Origin: a virus | Lineage: Duplodnaviria > Caudoviricetes | Reading direction: 5' to 3' (one strand) | DNA: 64,000 nucleotides | Virus record (IMG/VR): IMGVR_UViG_3300017913_002143 | Location: 1 to 64,000 of that record | Part shown: piece after piece, positions 17,538 to 27,112 of the stretch | Layout of the letters: each line of letters opens with the position of its first letter | Numbering within the stretch: the first letter of the stretch is position 1 | Program-made: the position numbers and the translations under genes | Notes under the pieces: model-generated | What the model saw: only the letters and a program-made list of their open reading frames with translations | Database searches by the model: none | Told to the model about the DNA's origin: nothing

Positions 17538-17782
17538 CATTTATGCAAGTATTAAATCTCAGAACTGAGTTTGAAGAGATTATTAAGGACTTCAACATGG
17601 GTTGTCAGGTCATGCAAGGGCATTCTAAGTCTGGTATAAATACCATCGAGTGGTTCGTGGAAAATGGATTTAGGTCCAATCGTCTACGCAATGATTATGA
17701 TCGTGCAATGGAAATTGCTAACATAATTAAGGAGTACGCAGATGGCTGCACAAAAGAAGTTAGAAGCTGGGAGTCAATATGA
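17534..17782 (+). CDS. Hypothetical protein
   Basis: ORF coupled to upstream gene (ATGA). Confidence 0.5.
   Translation: MTFMQVLNLRTEFEEIIKDFNMGCQVMQGHSKSGINTIEWFVENGFRSNRLRNDYDRAMEIANIIKEYADGCTKEVRSWESI
17635..17642 (+). promoter_or_regulatory. T4 late promoter upstream of the EF-hand membrane gene and glycan cluster 1
   Basis: Exact TATAAATA, 99 nt before the ATG at 17742. Confidence 0.6.
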
Positions 17783-18113
17783 ACATTTTGACAAAGACGG
17801 CGATGGTATAATTACTGATGAGGAATTTGAATTAGAACGAGAGATGATGAGAGCAGAAAACGAAGATAAAAAAGAAGATCAAATTAGACGAATGGCGTGG
17901 TTTGCTCTATGGGGGTTATTGATATATCCAGTAGGTATTGTAGTTACTGATCTGTTACCGTTTAGCTTTGAATCTACAAGTCAGCTTCTAGCTGATATTG
18001 CTCCTACTTATTTTGTGTCGGTATCTGCTTTGGTTGGTGCATTCTTTGGTGCACAAGCATATCAAAAATCAAAAACACCTCAACCACCTCAAGGAAGGCC
18101 ACCAAGGAAGTAA
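17742..18113 (+). CDS. EF-hand-motif membrane protein (holin-like)
   Basis: DKDGDGIITDEE Ca-binding loop plus two hydrophobic helices ending in AFFGAQAY. Confidence 0.55.
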   Translation: MAAQKKLEAGSQYEHFDKDGDGIITDEEFELEREMMRAENEDKKEDQIRRMAWFALWGLLIYPVGIVVTDLLPFSFESTSQLLADIAPTYFVSVSALVGAFFGAQAYQKSKTPQPPQGRPPRK

Positions 18114-18118
18114 ACATT

Positions 18119-18904
18119 ATGAAACGAATGATATATCAGGTTTACACAGGTAAGCCTTCTAAATTATATGACCATTGTACAAATTCAGTTAGAGATTATT
18201 GTAAAGAACATAATATAGATCATGTGGTACAGAAAGTACCAAAGATGAGGATTAAGCCTGATATATTCGTTACCAATAGAAGCAAGGAGTCATACGAGAA
18301 GTATGGTGGCTTCTTGCCTATCTATGAAAAAGAAAATGCATTTGATTACTGGGACAAGTATGATCAGATCTGTATTGTAGATGCAGACATCTGGATCCGT
18401 CCTGGGTCTCCAAATATCTTTGATGAGCTCAAACCAGAAACAGACTTTGCTGGTGTTATTGAACGGCAGCTGCCAATCTTAGATTGGTACAAACAAAAGC
18501 TGGTTGGTTATACTCGTATGCAGTATGGACCCTTGAATAAGATCAATTGGTATAATGATGAACGTGGATCTGAATTCTATAATATGGGTCTTATGCTGAT
18601 GAATAAATCTATCACAAAATACTTACGTGGTGAAACTGGAAAGCAGTTTATTCAGAGACCAGAGTTCAAAGACTTTGTTGATGGCCAAGGTGCGTGGAAG
18701 TGGTCTACTGATCAGACACTTCTCAACTATTGGGTCAGAAAAGAAAATATGAACTGCCAACATCTCAAGTGGAGATGGAATGGTTTGTATAGTGCTATCA
18801 GTGATGAGAATATCAAGAAAGCTAACTTTGTACATTTCTTCTTGAAAGATAAGTTGCCTAATAGAGGAGAGAATGTAAAAGAGCTAATGGAGGCTGTACA
18901 GTGA
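18119..18904 (+). CDS. Glycosyltransferase, GT-A/GT8-like
   Basis: IVDADI DxD motif, YNMGLMLMN, DQTLLNYW, HFF. Confidence 0.75.
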   Translation: MKRMIYQVYTGKPSKLYDHCTNSVRDYCKEHNIDHVVQKVPKMRIKPDIFVTNRSKESYEKYGGFLPIYEKENAFDYWDKYDQICIVDADIWIRPGSPNIFDELKPETDFAGVIERQLPILDWYKQKLVGYTRMQYGPLNKINWYNDERGSEFYNMGLMLMNKSITKYLRGETGKQFIQRPEFKDFVDGQGAWKWSTDQTLLNYWVRKENMNCQHLKWRWNGLYSAISDENIKKANFVHFFLKDKLPNRGENVKELMEAVQ

Positions 18905-19347
18905 TTCTGATATCTCATAGAGGTAACATGGATGGTAAACAACCAGTTCTTGAAAACCATCCAACACATATACAAAGAGCATTAGCTCATAACTTTGATG
19001 TAGAGATTGATGTTTGGTATGACAAAGGTTGGTGGCTTGGCCATGATGGACCTGAATACAAAACAGACATGAACTTTCTCGAGAACCGTAGGTTCTGGAT
19101 TCACTGTAAGAATGTTGCTGCATTAACTTATCTACAGCCAACAAAGTTAAATTATTTCTGGCATGAAGAAGATAGCTATACTCTTACCAGTCATGGCTAC
19201 ATATGGGCATATCCAAATGAGATGGCTATAGCTGGTGGTAATTCTATCGCTGTTATGCCAGAGATACATAATACAGATGTTAATTTATTCACTGGAATAT
19301 GTTCCGACAATATAATGAAATACTATTATGAAACTCGTCCTGTTTGA
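18901..19347 (+). CDS. Glycerophosphodiester phosphodiesterase/PLC-like protein
   Basis: ISHRGN, DVEIDVW, WLGHD, GICSD motifs. Confidence 0.65.
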   Translation: MILISHRGNMDGKQPVLENHPTHIQRALAHNFDVEIDVWYDKGWWLGHDGPEYKTDMNFLENRRFWIHCKNVAALTYLQPTKLNYFWHEEDSYTLTSHGYIWAYPNEMAIAGGNSIAVMPEIHNTDVNLFTGICSDNIMKYYYETRPV

Positions 19348-20671
19348 TTTAGATGGTGTTCTTATTGATGCAAAAAAGATACACTATGAATCGTTAAATG
19401 CTGCTCTTGATGATCAATATAAGATTACAGAAGAAGAGCACCTAAACATATATGATGGTCGTAAGACCAGACAAAAACTTCAAATGCTTACTGAGCTAAA
19501 AGGTTTGCCAGTAGAGATGCATGATCGTGTGTATGAAGCAAAACAACTACTCACAATCAAACTTATCAATCAACTATCTCCAATGAAAGAAATCAAACTC
19601 TTGTTCCAAGAACTAGAGGACTTAGGTTATTCCATTGGTGTATGTTCTAATTCTATTCGCAGAACAGTATTGACAGCTCTTGCAAGAGTAGAGCTTATGT
19701 CACATTGTTCTGTTATTGTATCAAACGAAGATGTAAAGAACTCAAAACCACATCCAGAGATGTATTGGAAAGCTATGTCTATGATGGGGTGTTTACCAGA
19801 AGATACATATATCATTGAGGACTCTCCAGTTGGATTACTTGCCGCTCAGAGATCAAGAGCCAATTATATTAGAGTAGACAATCCTTATGATGTCACTAGA
19901 GAGAAGATTCTGAAGAATTTGAAAGGTAATGATATGAAACCAAAATGGAAGGATGATAATCTAAACGTACTGATTCCTATGGCAGGTGCAGGATCACGTT
20001 TTGTAGAAGCTGGATACACTTTTCCAAAACCATTGATTGATATTGATGGCAAGCCAATGATTCAAGTTGTCGCGGAGAATCTTGGAGTAGATGCTCATTT
20101 CATTTATGTGGTACAAAAAGAACATAACGAAAAGTACAATCTCGAAAGTATGCTTAATCTGATTACTCCAGACTGTGATATTGTTGAAGTAGATGGAATT
20201 ACAGAAGGAGCTGCGTGTACAGCTCTTATGGCTAAAGAGTTTATCAATAATGGATCACCTCTGTTATTTGCAAATTCTGATCAGTACGTTGAGTGGGAAC
20301 CATTAGAGTTTATGTATGAGATGCAAGAACGAGATTGTGATGGTGGCATAGTTGTGTTTGAAGCTACACATCCAAAATGGTCATTTGCAAAAACAGACAC
20401 ACTTGGTATTGTAACAGAAGTTGCAGAAAAGAATCCTATCTCAAATCAAGCCACTGTTGGATATTATTATTGGAAGCACGGTGCTGACTTTGTTAAGTAT
20501 GCAGAAGATATGATAAGAAAAGACATACGAGTTAACAATGAATTCTATGTGTGTCCAGTATATAACCAAGCTATTGAAGATGGTAAAGTTGTACGAACAT
20601 TCAAAGCAGATAAGATGTGGGGTTTAGGTACTCCAGAAGATCTTGAGTATTACCTGAAGGAAAAGAGATGA
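19328..20671 (+). CDS. Fusion of HAD phosphatase (N-terminal) and sugar-phosphate nucleotidyltransferase (C-terminal)
   Basis: FDLDGVL, KPHPEMY, IIEDS; then IPMAGAGSRF...PKPLI, EGAACT, NNEFYVCP, WGLGTPEDL. Confidence 0.8.
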   Translation: MKLVLFDLDGVLIDAKKIHYESLNAALDDQYKITEEEHLNIYDGRKTRQKLQMLTELKGLPVEMHDRVYEAKQLLTIKLINQLSPMKEIKLLFQELEDLGYSIGVCSNSIRRTVLTALARVELMSHCSVIVSNEDVKNSKPHPEMYWKAMSMMGCLPEDTYIIEDSPVGLLAAQRSRANYIRVDNPYDVTREKILKNLKGNDMKPKWKDDNLNVLIPMAGAGSRFVEAGYTFPKPLIDIDGKPMIQVVAENLGVDAHFIYVVQKEHNEKYNLESMLNLITPDCDIVEVDGITEGAACTALMAKEFINNGSPLLFANSDQYVEWEPLEFMYEMQERDCDGGIVVFEATHPKWSFAKTDTLGIVTEVAEKNPISNQATVGYYYWKHGADFVKYAEDMIRKDIRVNNEFYVCPVYNQAIEDGKVVRTFKADKMWGLGTPEDLEYYLKEKR

Positions 20672-21402
20672 CAGTAGACAAATATTTGAACATGCAGCGT
20701 TCTCATTATCATAGTGAGGCAAATAAATGGTCGCTGAAGAATAAGAATCCTGTTGTTGGTGGATATCATAAACATAATGCATGGGAAGATTATGACAAGT
20801 ATCTATTCAAAGATTTTGATACAACAAACTTGATTGCAATTGATTATGGTACTGGTCCTGGAAGAAATATCATTAAGTTTAATAATAGATTTAAACAAAT
20901 AGATGGTGTTGACATTGGCCAGAAAAACATTGATAATGCTAAGATCAACTTAGAAGATGCTGGCATCACTGATAGTCAGCTTTTTGTGTGTGATGGTAAG
21001 AGTACTCCTTGTGAGGATGAATCTTATGATGTTTGGTTCAGTGTGATATGTTTGCAACATATTGCTTGTTATGATGTGAGGTTTTCTATTCTTCAAGATG
21101 CATATAGAATTCTAAAGCCTGGTGGCCATATCTGTTTCCAGATGGGCTATGGCGGTAGAGATACAGAAAGCAACACCTACAGAAACTATTCAAGAGGTAA
21201 CATATTACAGACTGCTGGGTATTATGATAATGATACAAATGCTAAAACAACAAACGGATTACATGATGTGAGTGTTAGTAATGAAGATCAAGTAAAGAAC
21301 GATCTGAAGAAGATTGGGTTTACTGACATCAAAACAGATCTAAGACCTACTGGACCAGGATGCAGTCACAAACAATGGATATATGTTCAAGGGACTAAGT
21401 AA
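20668..21402 (+). CDS. Class I SAM-dependent methyltransferase
   Basis: IDYGTGPGR motif I, GVDI, LQHI, ILKPGG. Confidence 0.8.
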   Translation: MTVDKYLNMQRSHYHSEANKWSLKNKNPVVGGYHKHNAWEDYDKYLFKDFDTTNLIAIDYGTGPGRNIIKFNNRFKQIDGVDIGQKNIDNAKINLEDAGITDSQLFVCDGKSTPCEDESYDVWFSVICLQHIACYDVRFSILQDAYRILKPGGHICFQMGYGGRDTESNTYRNYSRGNILQTAGYYDNDTNAKTTNGLHDVSVSNEDQVKNDLKKIGFTDIKTDLRPTGPGCSHKQWIYVQGTK

Positions 21403-22151
21403 TGAAAGTAGCTGTATGTATCAGTGGGACGTGTACATCATCTAATCCACTAACAAGTTTGAAAAAAAATAATCAACGTCAAAAAGAAAAGTTTGCGGGT
21501 CACAACTTTTACTATGCAACCTACGATAGTTTTAGAAATGTATTTGAAGAAAACTTTCCAGACGACAATTGTTTTTATTTCAAAGAACCAGAACCAGATT
21601 ATCATCCATACACAGATGTACCAACAGATGCTCACATATCCCACTACTTCACAGAACGTGTAAACTGGGCTAAAGGATTATCAGCAGAAAAGACAAAATG
21701 GACAAGACATCACGTTAAACAAATACTGATACATTCGTGGCTTGTTGATCAAATTGATCAAGATTATGATGTTATTGTTAGAGCAAGGTTTGATGGTTTC
21801 TTTCACAAGACTGCTGATTGGAAACCATATATCAAAGATGCATATGAGAATGGAACTGTGCATGGCTTTGCTGTAACAAGAAAGAATATGTTTGATCAGT
21901 TCTATGACTCTCCTATGGAGAAAGGATCTAAGCATGAAGTGTATATGTTGGATCAGCTAATCATCCACCGTAGAGATCGCTTGCAAACTTCTATGGTATA
22001 TAATCTATACGAAGAACATAAGCTACATGCAGCTGAGTTTGGTTGGTACCAAGTACTAAGTCATCCTTGGGGTGGTGTGCACAAGAACCATCATGGGTTT
22101 GTTAACCATGATAAAAATATATTAGATCAGTACTTAATGGGGTTAAAATGA
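21402..22151 (+). CDS. Putative glycosyltransferase/glycan-modifying protein
   Basis: MKVAVCISG start and YDVIVRARFD motif seen in capsule/LPS-cluster proteins. Confidence 0.55.
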   Translation: MKVAVCISGTCTSSNPLTSLKKNNQRQKEKFAGHNFYYATYDSFRNVFEENFPDDNCFYFKEPEPDYHPYTDVPTDAHISHYFTERVNWAKGLSAEKTKWTRHHVKQILIHSWLVDQIDQDYDVIVRARFDGFFHKTADWKPYIKDAYENGTVHGFAVTRKNMFDQFYDSPMEKGSKHEVYMLDQLIIHRRDRLQTSMVYNLYEEHKLHAAEFGWYQVLSHPWGGVHKNHHGFVNHDKNILDQYLMGLK

Positions 22152-23044
22152 ATGTTTTGATTACTGGAAGCTCAGGCTTTCTTGGAAAGCATGTAGCGGA
22201 CACGTTTATGCAAAATGGATATAAGGTTTATGGAATATCCCGTGCTCCTGTGTTGGCATCATACAATCAATATGCTGTTGATATAAATGATTTTGATACA
22301 ATTAACAGAATTGTCAGTGAGCGTGATATCAACATTATTGTACATACAGCAGGTAAGCCAGTCGTTCAAGACTGTGAACGTAATCCATATGATGCATATA
22401 AAGTTAATGGATTAGGTACATCATCTATACTTGAATCAGCCCGATTGAATAGAGTAAGTAAAGTAATCTCTATCGAGACTGATAAGGTATATGGATACCA
22501 AGAAGTTGTTCCTACAAACGAAAATGCTATTCCTAATCCTGGATCTCCATATGAGTTTTCAAAATACCTTGCTACAGAGTTTGCAAAATTCTATAGGGAC
22601 TATTATGATCTTGATGTTATTAGTGTAAGACCAGCAAACTTGTATGGACCTTTTGATTTCTCTACAAGTAGAATTATTCCGAGAGCTTTGGATAACTTGA
22701 AGAGAGGTAAAGGTATTCGTCTATATGATACAGCTCTTAATATGAAACGAGACTTTGTATATGTAAAGGATGCAACCAAAGCAATCTATCAATTAGCAAC
22801 CACACAATGTTCTTCAAACATATACAACATTAGTGCTAATGAACCAATCACTATCAAGGATCTAGCTGACAAGATTGTAAACACATTAGGTATTAATATC
22901 CCACACGATATTGTAGAGAAAGGAGATTCATATACAGAAATTCCTCTACAAGAGATTGATGGCGATCTACTAACAAAAGAATTTAATTTTAAGTACACAC
23001 CATTTGAAGATGCTATCAAAGAGACTTGGGAAGCTATACAATGA
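22148..23044 (+). CDS. NAD-dependent NDP-sugar epimerase/4,6-dehydratase (extended SDR)
   Basis: TGSSGFLG, ETDKVYG, PYEFSK (YxxxK), RPANLYGP, RDFVYV. Confidence 0.88.
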   Translation: MNVLITGSSGFLGKHVADTFMQNGYKVYGISRAPVLASYNQYAVDINDFDTINRIVSERDINIIVHTAGKPVVQDCERNPYDAYKVNGLGTSSILESARLNRVSKVISIETDKVYGYQEVVPTNENAIPNPGSPYEFSKYLATEFAKFYRDYYDLDVISVRPANLYGPFDFSTSRIIPRALDNLKRGKGIRLYDTALNMKRDFVYVKDATKAIYQLATTQCSSNIYNISANEPITIKDLADKIVNTLGINIPHDIVEKGDSYTEIPLQEIDGDLLTKEFNFKYTPFEDAIKETWEAIQ

Positions 23045-23706
23045 AGGGTATAATCCTACAACATTACAATGGTAAACTTGGTGAACTCGAGAAGCAATCC
23101 TCAGAGAACATTAAAGCATATGCAGATAAATGTAATGTTGATTATAAACTTGTCAGAGGTATTGTTAAGCCTGGACTATCAAATCAATCTCAGAAGATGT
23201 GTATGTTAGATGAAGAGTGGGATTCATATGATGTTGTTGTAATGATGGATATTGATATGTTCACTCGTAAGGGTCAGACAAAGAATATATTCACAGATGA
23301 GACTGGTGTTGGTAGACACCATGGAATTCAAACACATCTTATAAAAAAGATTCATGATCAGTTTCCATTTCTTGCAAATCCAGATTATGCATATTGGGGT
23401 GGATCAATCTATAGGTTAACAAAAGAAATGAGGCAACGTCTCAGACCACACTTCAACATGAGTGAGGCTACTCAGTTTAGTCATAACTATAATGATGAAG
23501 GGATTATGCATAGACTTGCAGTATTGGCTGGTATAAAGAATCATAAGAGTCATTACTTAGATCGTCAGCAATGGAATTATTCTAGTTTTGAAGATGGAGT
23601 TGAAGATGCTGAAATCATTCACATCAGAACAAAAGTTACACCAAACGGTCCAAAGAGAAGCAAGCTAGAGAACTACAAAGCATTAGTCAAAAAAGAATTA
23701 ATATAA
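23041..23706 (+). CDS. Putative glycosyltransferase, GT-A-like
   Basis: VMMDIDM DxD motif, DEGIMH, QWNY, IIH. Confidence 0.6.
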   Translation: MKGIILQHYNGKLGELEKQSSENIKAYADKCNVDYKLVRGIVKPGLSNQSQKMCMLDEEWDSYDVVVMMDIDMFTRKGQTKNIFTDETGVGRHHGIQTHLIKKIHDQFPFLANPDYAYWGGSIYRLTKEMRQRLRPHFNMSEATQFSHNYNDEGIMHRLAVLAGIKNHKSHYLDRQQWNYSSFEDGVEDAEIIHIRTKVTPNGPKRSKLENYKALVKKELI

Positions 23707-24539
23707 TGAAGAATGTAATCTATCAATTTTGGGATGGTAATAAAAGACAGTCTGTAGATGCTGGTGTTAAAGCTATGAAGAAGTATGCTGACTATATTGG
23801 CGCAGATCATGTGTTTGAGGATAATCCACAATGGATAAAAGGCCTCGGTATGGACTTTGGTAGCTACACACCACACTATGGAGCATTCAAACCATTATGG
23901 AGCAAGAAGTACCGTGAATACGACAACATCCTTTTTTGTGATACTGATATTTTCCCCGTTGATGGGATTACTGATAATATATTTGAAGAGTTTGATGGAG
24001 AACTCAGCATATGTGAAGAAACGTGGCAACCAAAGCAAAGGACGATCACAAAAGGTAGAATCACATCTCAACAAGATAACCTTTGGGCAAAAACGGTCGA
24101 AGAAGCATATGGCTTTGATGTTCCAAGGACAGAAGAAGGGCTTGTCAAAGTTTACAATACAGGAGTAGTTTTATACTCTCAATCTGGAGCAAAACATGCT
24201 CGCGAGAAATGGACAAAGTTCAAAGAGTATATTAACCTTATTCGTACCAAACCACTTGACAGTTTCTATACTTCAGATCAAGGATATCTTCATACTATGA
24301 TGTTTGCAACTGGTATGAAGATTGATTTTATGGATTCAAAGTGGAATAGCTTTATTCATGGTACAAGAGATATTAATCATGCAGACCGTTACATTGTTGA
24401 TCATCGCAAACCAGATACATGTTTTGTGCATGCAATGTTTCCTGGTGCAGATGATATGAATGAAGAACAGTTACTAAGGATTGTTAATAATGATCCAAGT
24501 GAATGGCAGTATGATAGATTTGTTGTGAGGACTCCATAA
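23706..24539 (+). CDS. Putative glycosyltransferase, GT8-like
   Basis: FCDTDIF, YNTGVVL, DQGYLH, KWN, FVH. Confidence 0.7.
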   Translation: MKNVIYQFWDGNKRQSVDAGVKAMKKYADYIGADHVFEDNPQWIKGLGMDFGSYTPHYGAFKPLWSKKYREYDNILFCDTDIFPVDGITDNIFEEFDGELSICEETWQPKQRTITKGRITSQQDNLWAKTVEEAYGFDVPRTEEGLVKVYNTGVVLYSQSGAKHAREKWTKFKEYINLIRTKPLDSFYTSDQGYLHTMMFATGMKIDFMDSKWNSFIHGTRDINHADRYIVDHRKPDTCFVHAMFPGADDMNEEQLLRIVNNDPSEWQYDRFVVRTP

Positions 24540-25078
24540 TGAAAGCTAAAATTTGGTGTTTAGGATTATCTCGTACAGGCACGACCACTCTTACAGAAGT
24601 ATTGAAGAAGGCTGGGTATAACCATATTCATTATCCTACTGATGAGCAGATGTATGATATGAATAATGATGGTTGTGGTGATATTCCAGTGATACCAGTT
24701 TATCAGGATCTTGATAAGAAGTTTCCTAACTCAAAGTTCATATACACAGTACGAGATAAAGAATCTTGGTTAAGATCTATGCATCCATATCTTGAACGTA
24801 AGAAGAAATGGAATCAAGGTCAAAGACAGATTGATATAAGAAAAACTGTTTACGGTGACCCCTTTTTCGTGTATACTTTGTATAGTAATGCATACGATCG
24901 TTGGGATCGTGAGTTTCGTGAATACTTTAAGTATCGTCCAGATGATTTCTTAGTGCTGGATATACTTAACGGAGACAAGCCACAGAAGTTGTTTGACTTC
25001 TTAGGTAGTAGTTATAAGTTGGATAGTTTTCCACACTATAACAAACTTGTTGATGGTAGAGGTGTACAAGTAAAATGA
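24539..25078 (+). CDS. Sulfotransferase family protein
   Basis: LGLSRTGTTTL 5'-PSB loop and KFIYTVRDKESWLRS 3'-PB motif. Confidence 0.78.
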   Translation: MKAKIWCLGLSRTGTTTLTEVLKKAGYNHIHYPTDEQMYDMNNDGCGDIPVIPVYQDLDKKFPNSKFIYTVRDKESWLRSMHPYLERKKKWNQGQRQIDIRKTVYGDPFFVYTLYSNAYDRWDREFREYFKYRPDDFLVLDILNGDKPQKLFDFLGSSYKLDSFPHYNKLVDGRGVQVK

Positions 25079-25779
25079 AAGCATACTGTATCGTAATACC
25101 TAATAATCAAGTATCGCTTGGTGGATTTAAAAAACTTAAGAAGTCACTAAAAGATACACACAATACAGAAAACTTTGACCTTGAGATGTTTACAGCAACA
25201 ACACCTGAATTTGCAAACGTAACTCTTGTTGGTGAAGGATTGAAGTGGACATATCCTTGGGATGGACAAACAATTGACTTTGCGTCTGGTTTGACACTGA
25301 AGGCCTATCCAACACAATACAAAGAAAGACGTATTGCATGTTTTATGAGTCACTATAGACTTTGGCATCAGTGCGTTAAACAAGATGAACCAATCTTAGT
25401 ATTGGAACATGATGCTCTATTTGTGCATAGAGTTGCACAGTTAGATTCAATCTTAGAATCTAAGTATGACATCATAGGCATAAACAATCCGCTGATGGCT
25501 ACAAGACGAGCTCAGAAATATAAAGAAATTATTGAGAGCAACGATAAAGAAGTTCAACCTGTTCCAGCTATTGATGAGTTTAATGTACCACAAGGCCTTG
25601 CTGGAAATAGTGCATATATAATTAAACCAGCTGGAGCAAAGAATGTTATTGCAGCTGCGAAAGAATATGGCGCTTGGCCAAACGATGCTTTGATGTGTAA
25701 GCAGATAATACCAAGGATGGGTGTAACTAAAACATTCTACACCAAGGTGCAAGGACTTCCATCAACGACTACAGGATAG
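25075..25779 (+). CDS. Glycosyltransferase family 25-like
   Basis: IACFMSHYRLW, ILVLEHDA, AYIIKP, PND. Confidence 0.75.
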   Translation: MKAYCIVIPNNQVSLGGFKKLKKSLKDTHNTENFDLEMFTATTPEFANVTLVGEGLKWTYPWDGQTIDFASGLTLKAYPTQYKERRIACFMSHYRLWHQCVKQDEPILVLEHDALFVHRVAQLDSILESKYDIIGINNPLMATRRAQKYKEIIESNDKEVQPVPAIDEFNVPQGLAGNSAYIIKPAGAKNVIAAAKEYGAWPNDALMCKQIIPRMGVTKTFYTKVQGLPSTTTG

Positions 25780-25782
25780 ATT

Positions 25783-26442
25783 ATGAAAGCATATGTGATC
25801 ACAATAATGGACAACGAGAAGTCTGTAATAGCTGCTCGAAGATGTATTAAGTCTGCAAAGCTCTATGATGTTAATGTAGAGATGTGGCCTGCTACTACTC
25901 CAAAGGATGATCCATATAAACTGTTTGAAGCAAAAGGTTTGCCTCACGATAAGTTTGAAGAAAAGTATTCGCGTAAACTAAATTGTATGTCCGCTTTCCT
26001 GTCACATCATTCACTGTGGGAAGAGTCTGCATTACGTAATGAAACAATCATGATCTTTGAGCATGATGCACACATTACTGGTATGCCTCCTGTAAAAGCA
26101 AACTTCCAAAGTGTTATTACATTTGCAAAGCCATCATATGGTCAGTTTATTACTCCATCAACTATTGGTGTTAATCCTCTCACACAGAAGACATACTTTG
26201 GTGGAGCTCATGGATATATGGTAAAGCCTCATGGAGCAAAGATGTTAATGGATGCAGCTAAGAAAGTTGCTGGTCCAACAGATGTGTTTTTAAATATTCA
26301 GTTCTTTCCATCACTAGAAGAGTTCTTTCCGTGGACTTGTGAAGCGAGAGATAATTTTAGTACAATTCAGAATGAAATGGGTGTGCAGTCAAAGCACAAC
26401 TTCCAGTCATTGAAATCATATGGTATAGAAGATGTCCAGTAA
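25783..26442 (+). CDS. Glycosyltransferase family 25-like (paralog of upstream gene)
   Basis: SAFLSHHSLW, IFEHDA, HGYMVKP, PTD. Confidence 0.75.
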   Translation: MKAYVITIMDNEKSVIAARRCIKSAKLYDVNVEMWPATTPKDDPYKLFEAKGLPHDKFEEKYSRKLNCMSAFLSHHSLWEESALRNETIMIFEHDAHITGMPPVKANFQSVITFAKPSYGQFITPSTIGVNPLTQKTYFGGAHGYMVKPHGAKMLMDAAKKVAGPTDVFLNIQFFPSLEEFFPWTCEARDNFSTIQNEMGVQSKHNFQSLKSYGIEDVQ

Positions 26443-27112
26443 ATACAAATACGATAATTGCGTAGTTACAGGTTGTGATGAAAAGACAGCTTGGCAGCTA
26501 GAGTGGTTCTTAGCAAACTATTCTCAGAATACAAGTGAACCACTTATTATTGCAGACTTTGGTATGAGTGAAGCCACTGTCAATAGGATTAGATTTGCTC
26601 CTGGTGTATCGGGTATTATGGACCTTACAGATACACCAGATCAAGGTTGGTTTAACAAGCCTGTTACTATGATGCATGCACCTGCAAAGAAAGTTGTCTG
26701 GCTTGATACAGATTGTGAAGTTAAATCAAACTTAGCACCACTGTTCCGTCTTTTAGAACCAAATAAACTAAACATGGTAGAAGACAAACCATGGACAAAG
26801 AGACGTGGAGAGATCTGGCATAACTCAGGTGTAGTTGGCTTTATAGATAGACCAATGATATTACATCAGTGGTGTAATGCTATTAGAGAGAAACCAGAAG
26901 TTGGAGATCAAGAGGTACTGCATTCATTATTGAATCCTATCACTCGTATGACATACATTAATGATTTACCGTTTGAGTGGAACGTAATGAGACTTGCAAC
27001 TGATCATGATGGATACAAAGGTAAGATACGTATCCAACACCATACTGGAGAGAAGGGTAACGATAAGATTCGTGGCTTGATGCAGATTAGGAGAGCTATA
27101 GTCAATGGCTAA
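26432..27112 (+). CDS. Putative glycosyltransferase, GT8-like
   Basis: WLDTDCE, HNSGVV, GDQEVL, EWN, IQHHTG. Confidence 0.65.
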   Translation: MSSKYKYDNCVVTGCDEKTAWQLEWFLANYSQNTSEPLIIADFGMSEATVNRIRFAPGVSGIMDLTDTPDQGWFNKPVTMMHAPAKKVVWLDTDCEVKSNLAPLFRLLEPNKLNMVEDKPWTKRRGEIWHNSGVVGFIDRPMILHQWCNAIREKPEVGDQEVLHSLLNPITRMTYINDLPFEWNVMRLATDHDGYKGKIRIQHHTGEKGNDKIRGLMQIRRAIVNG

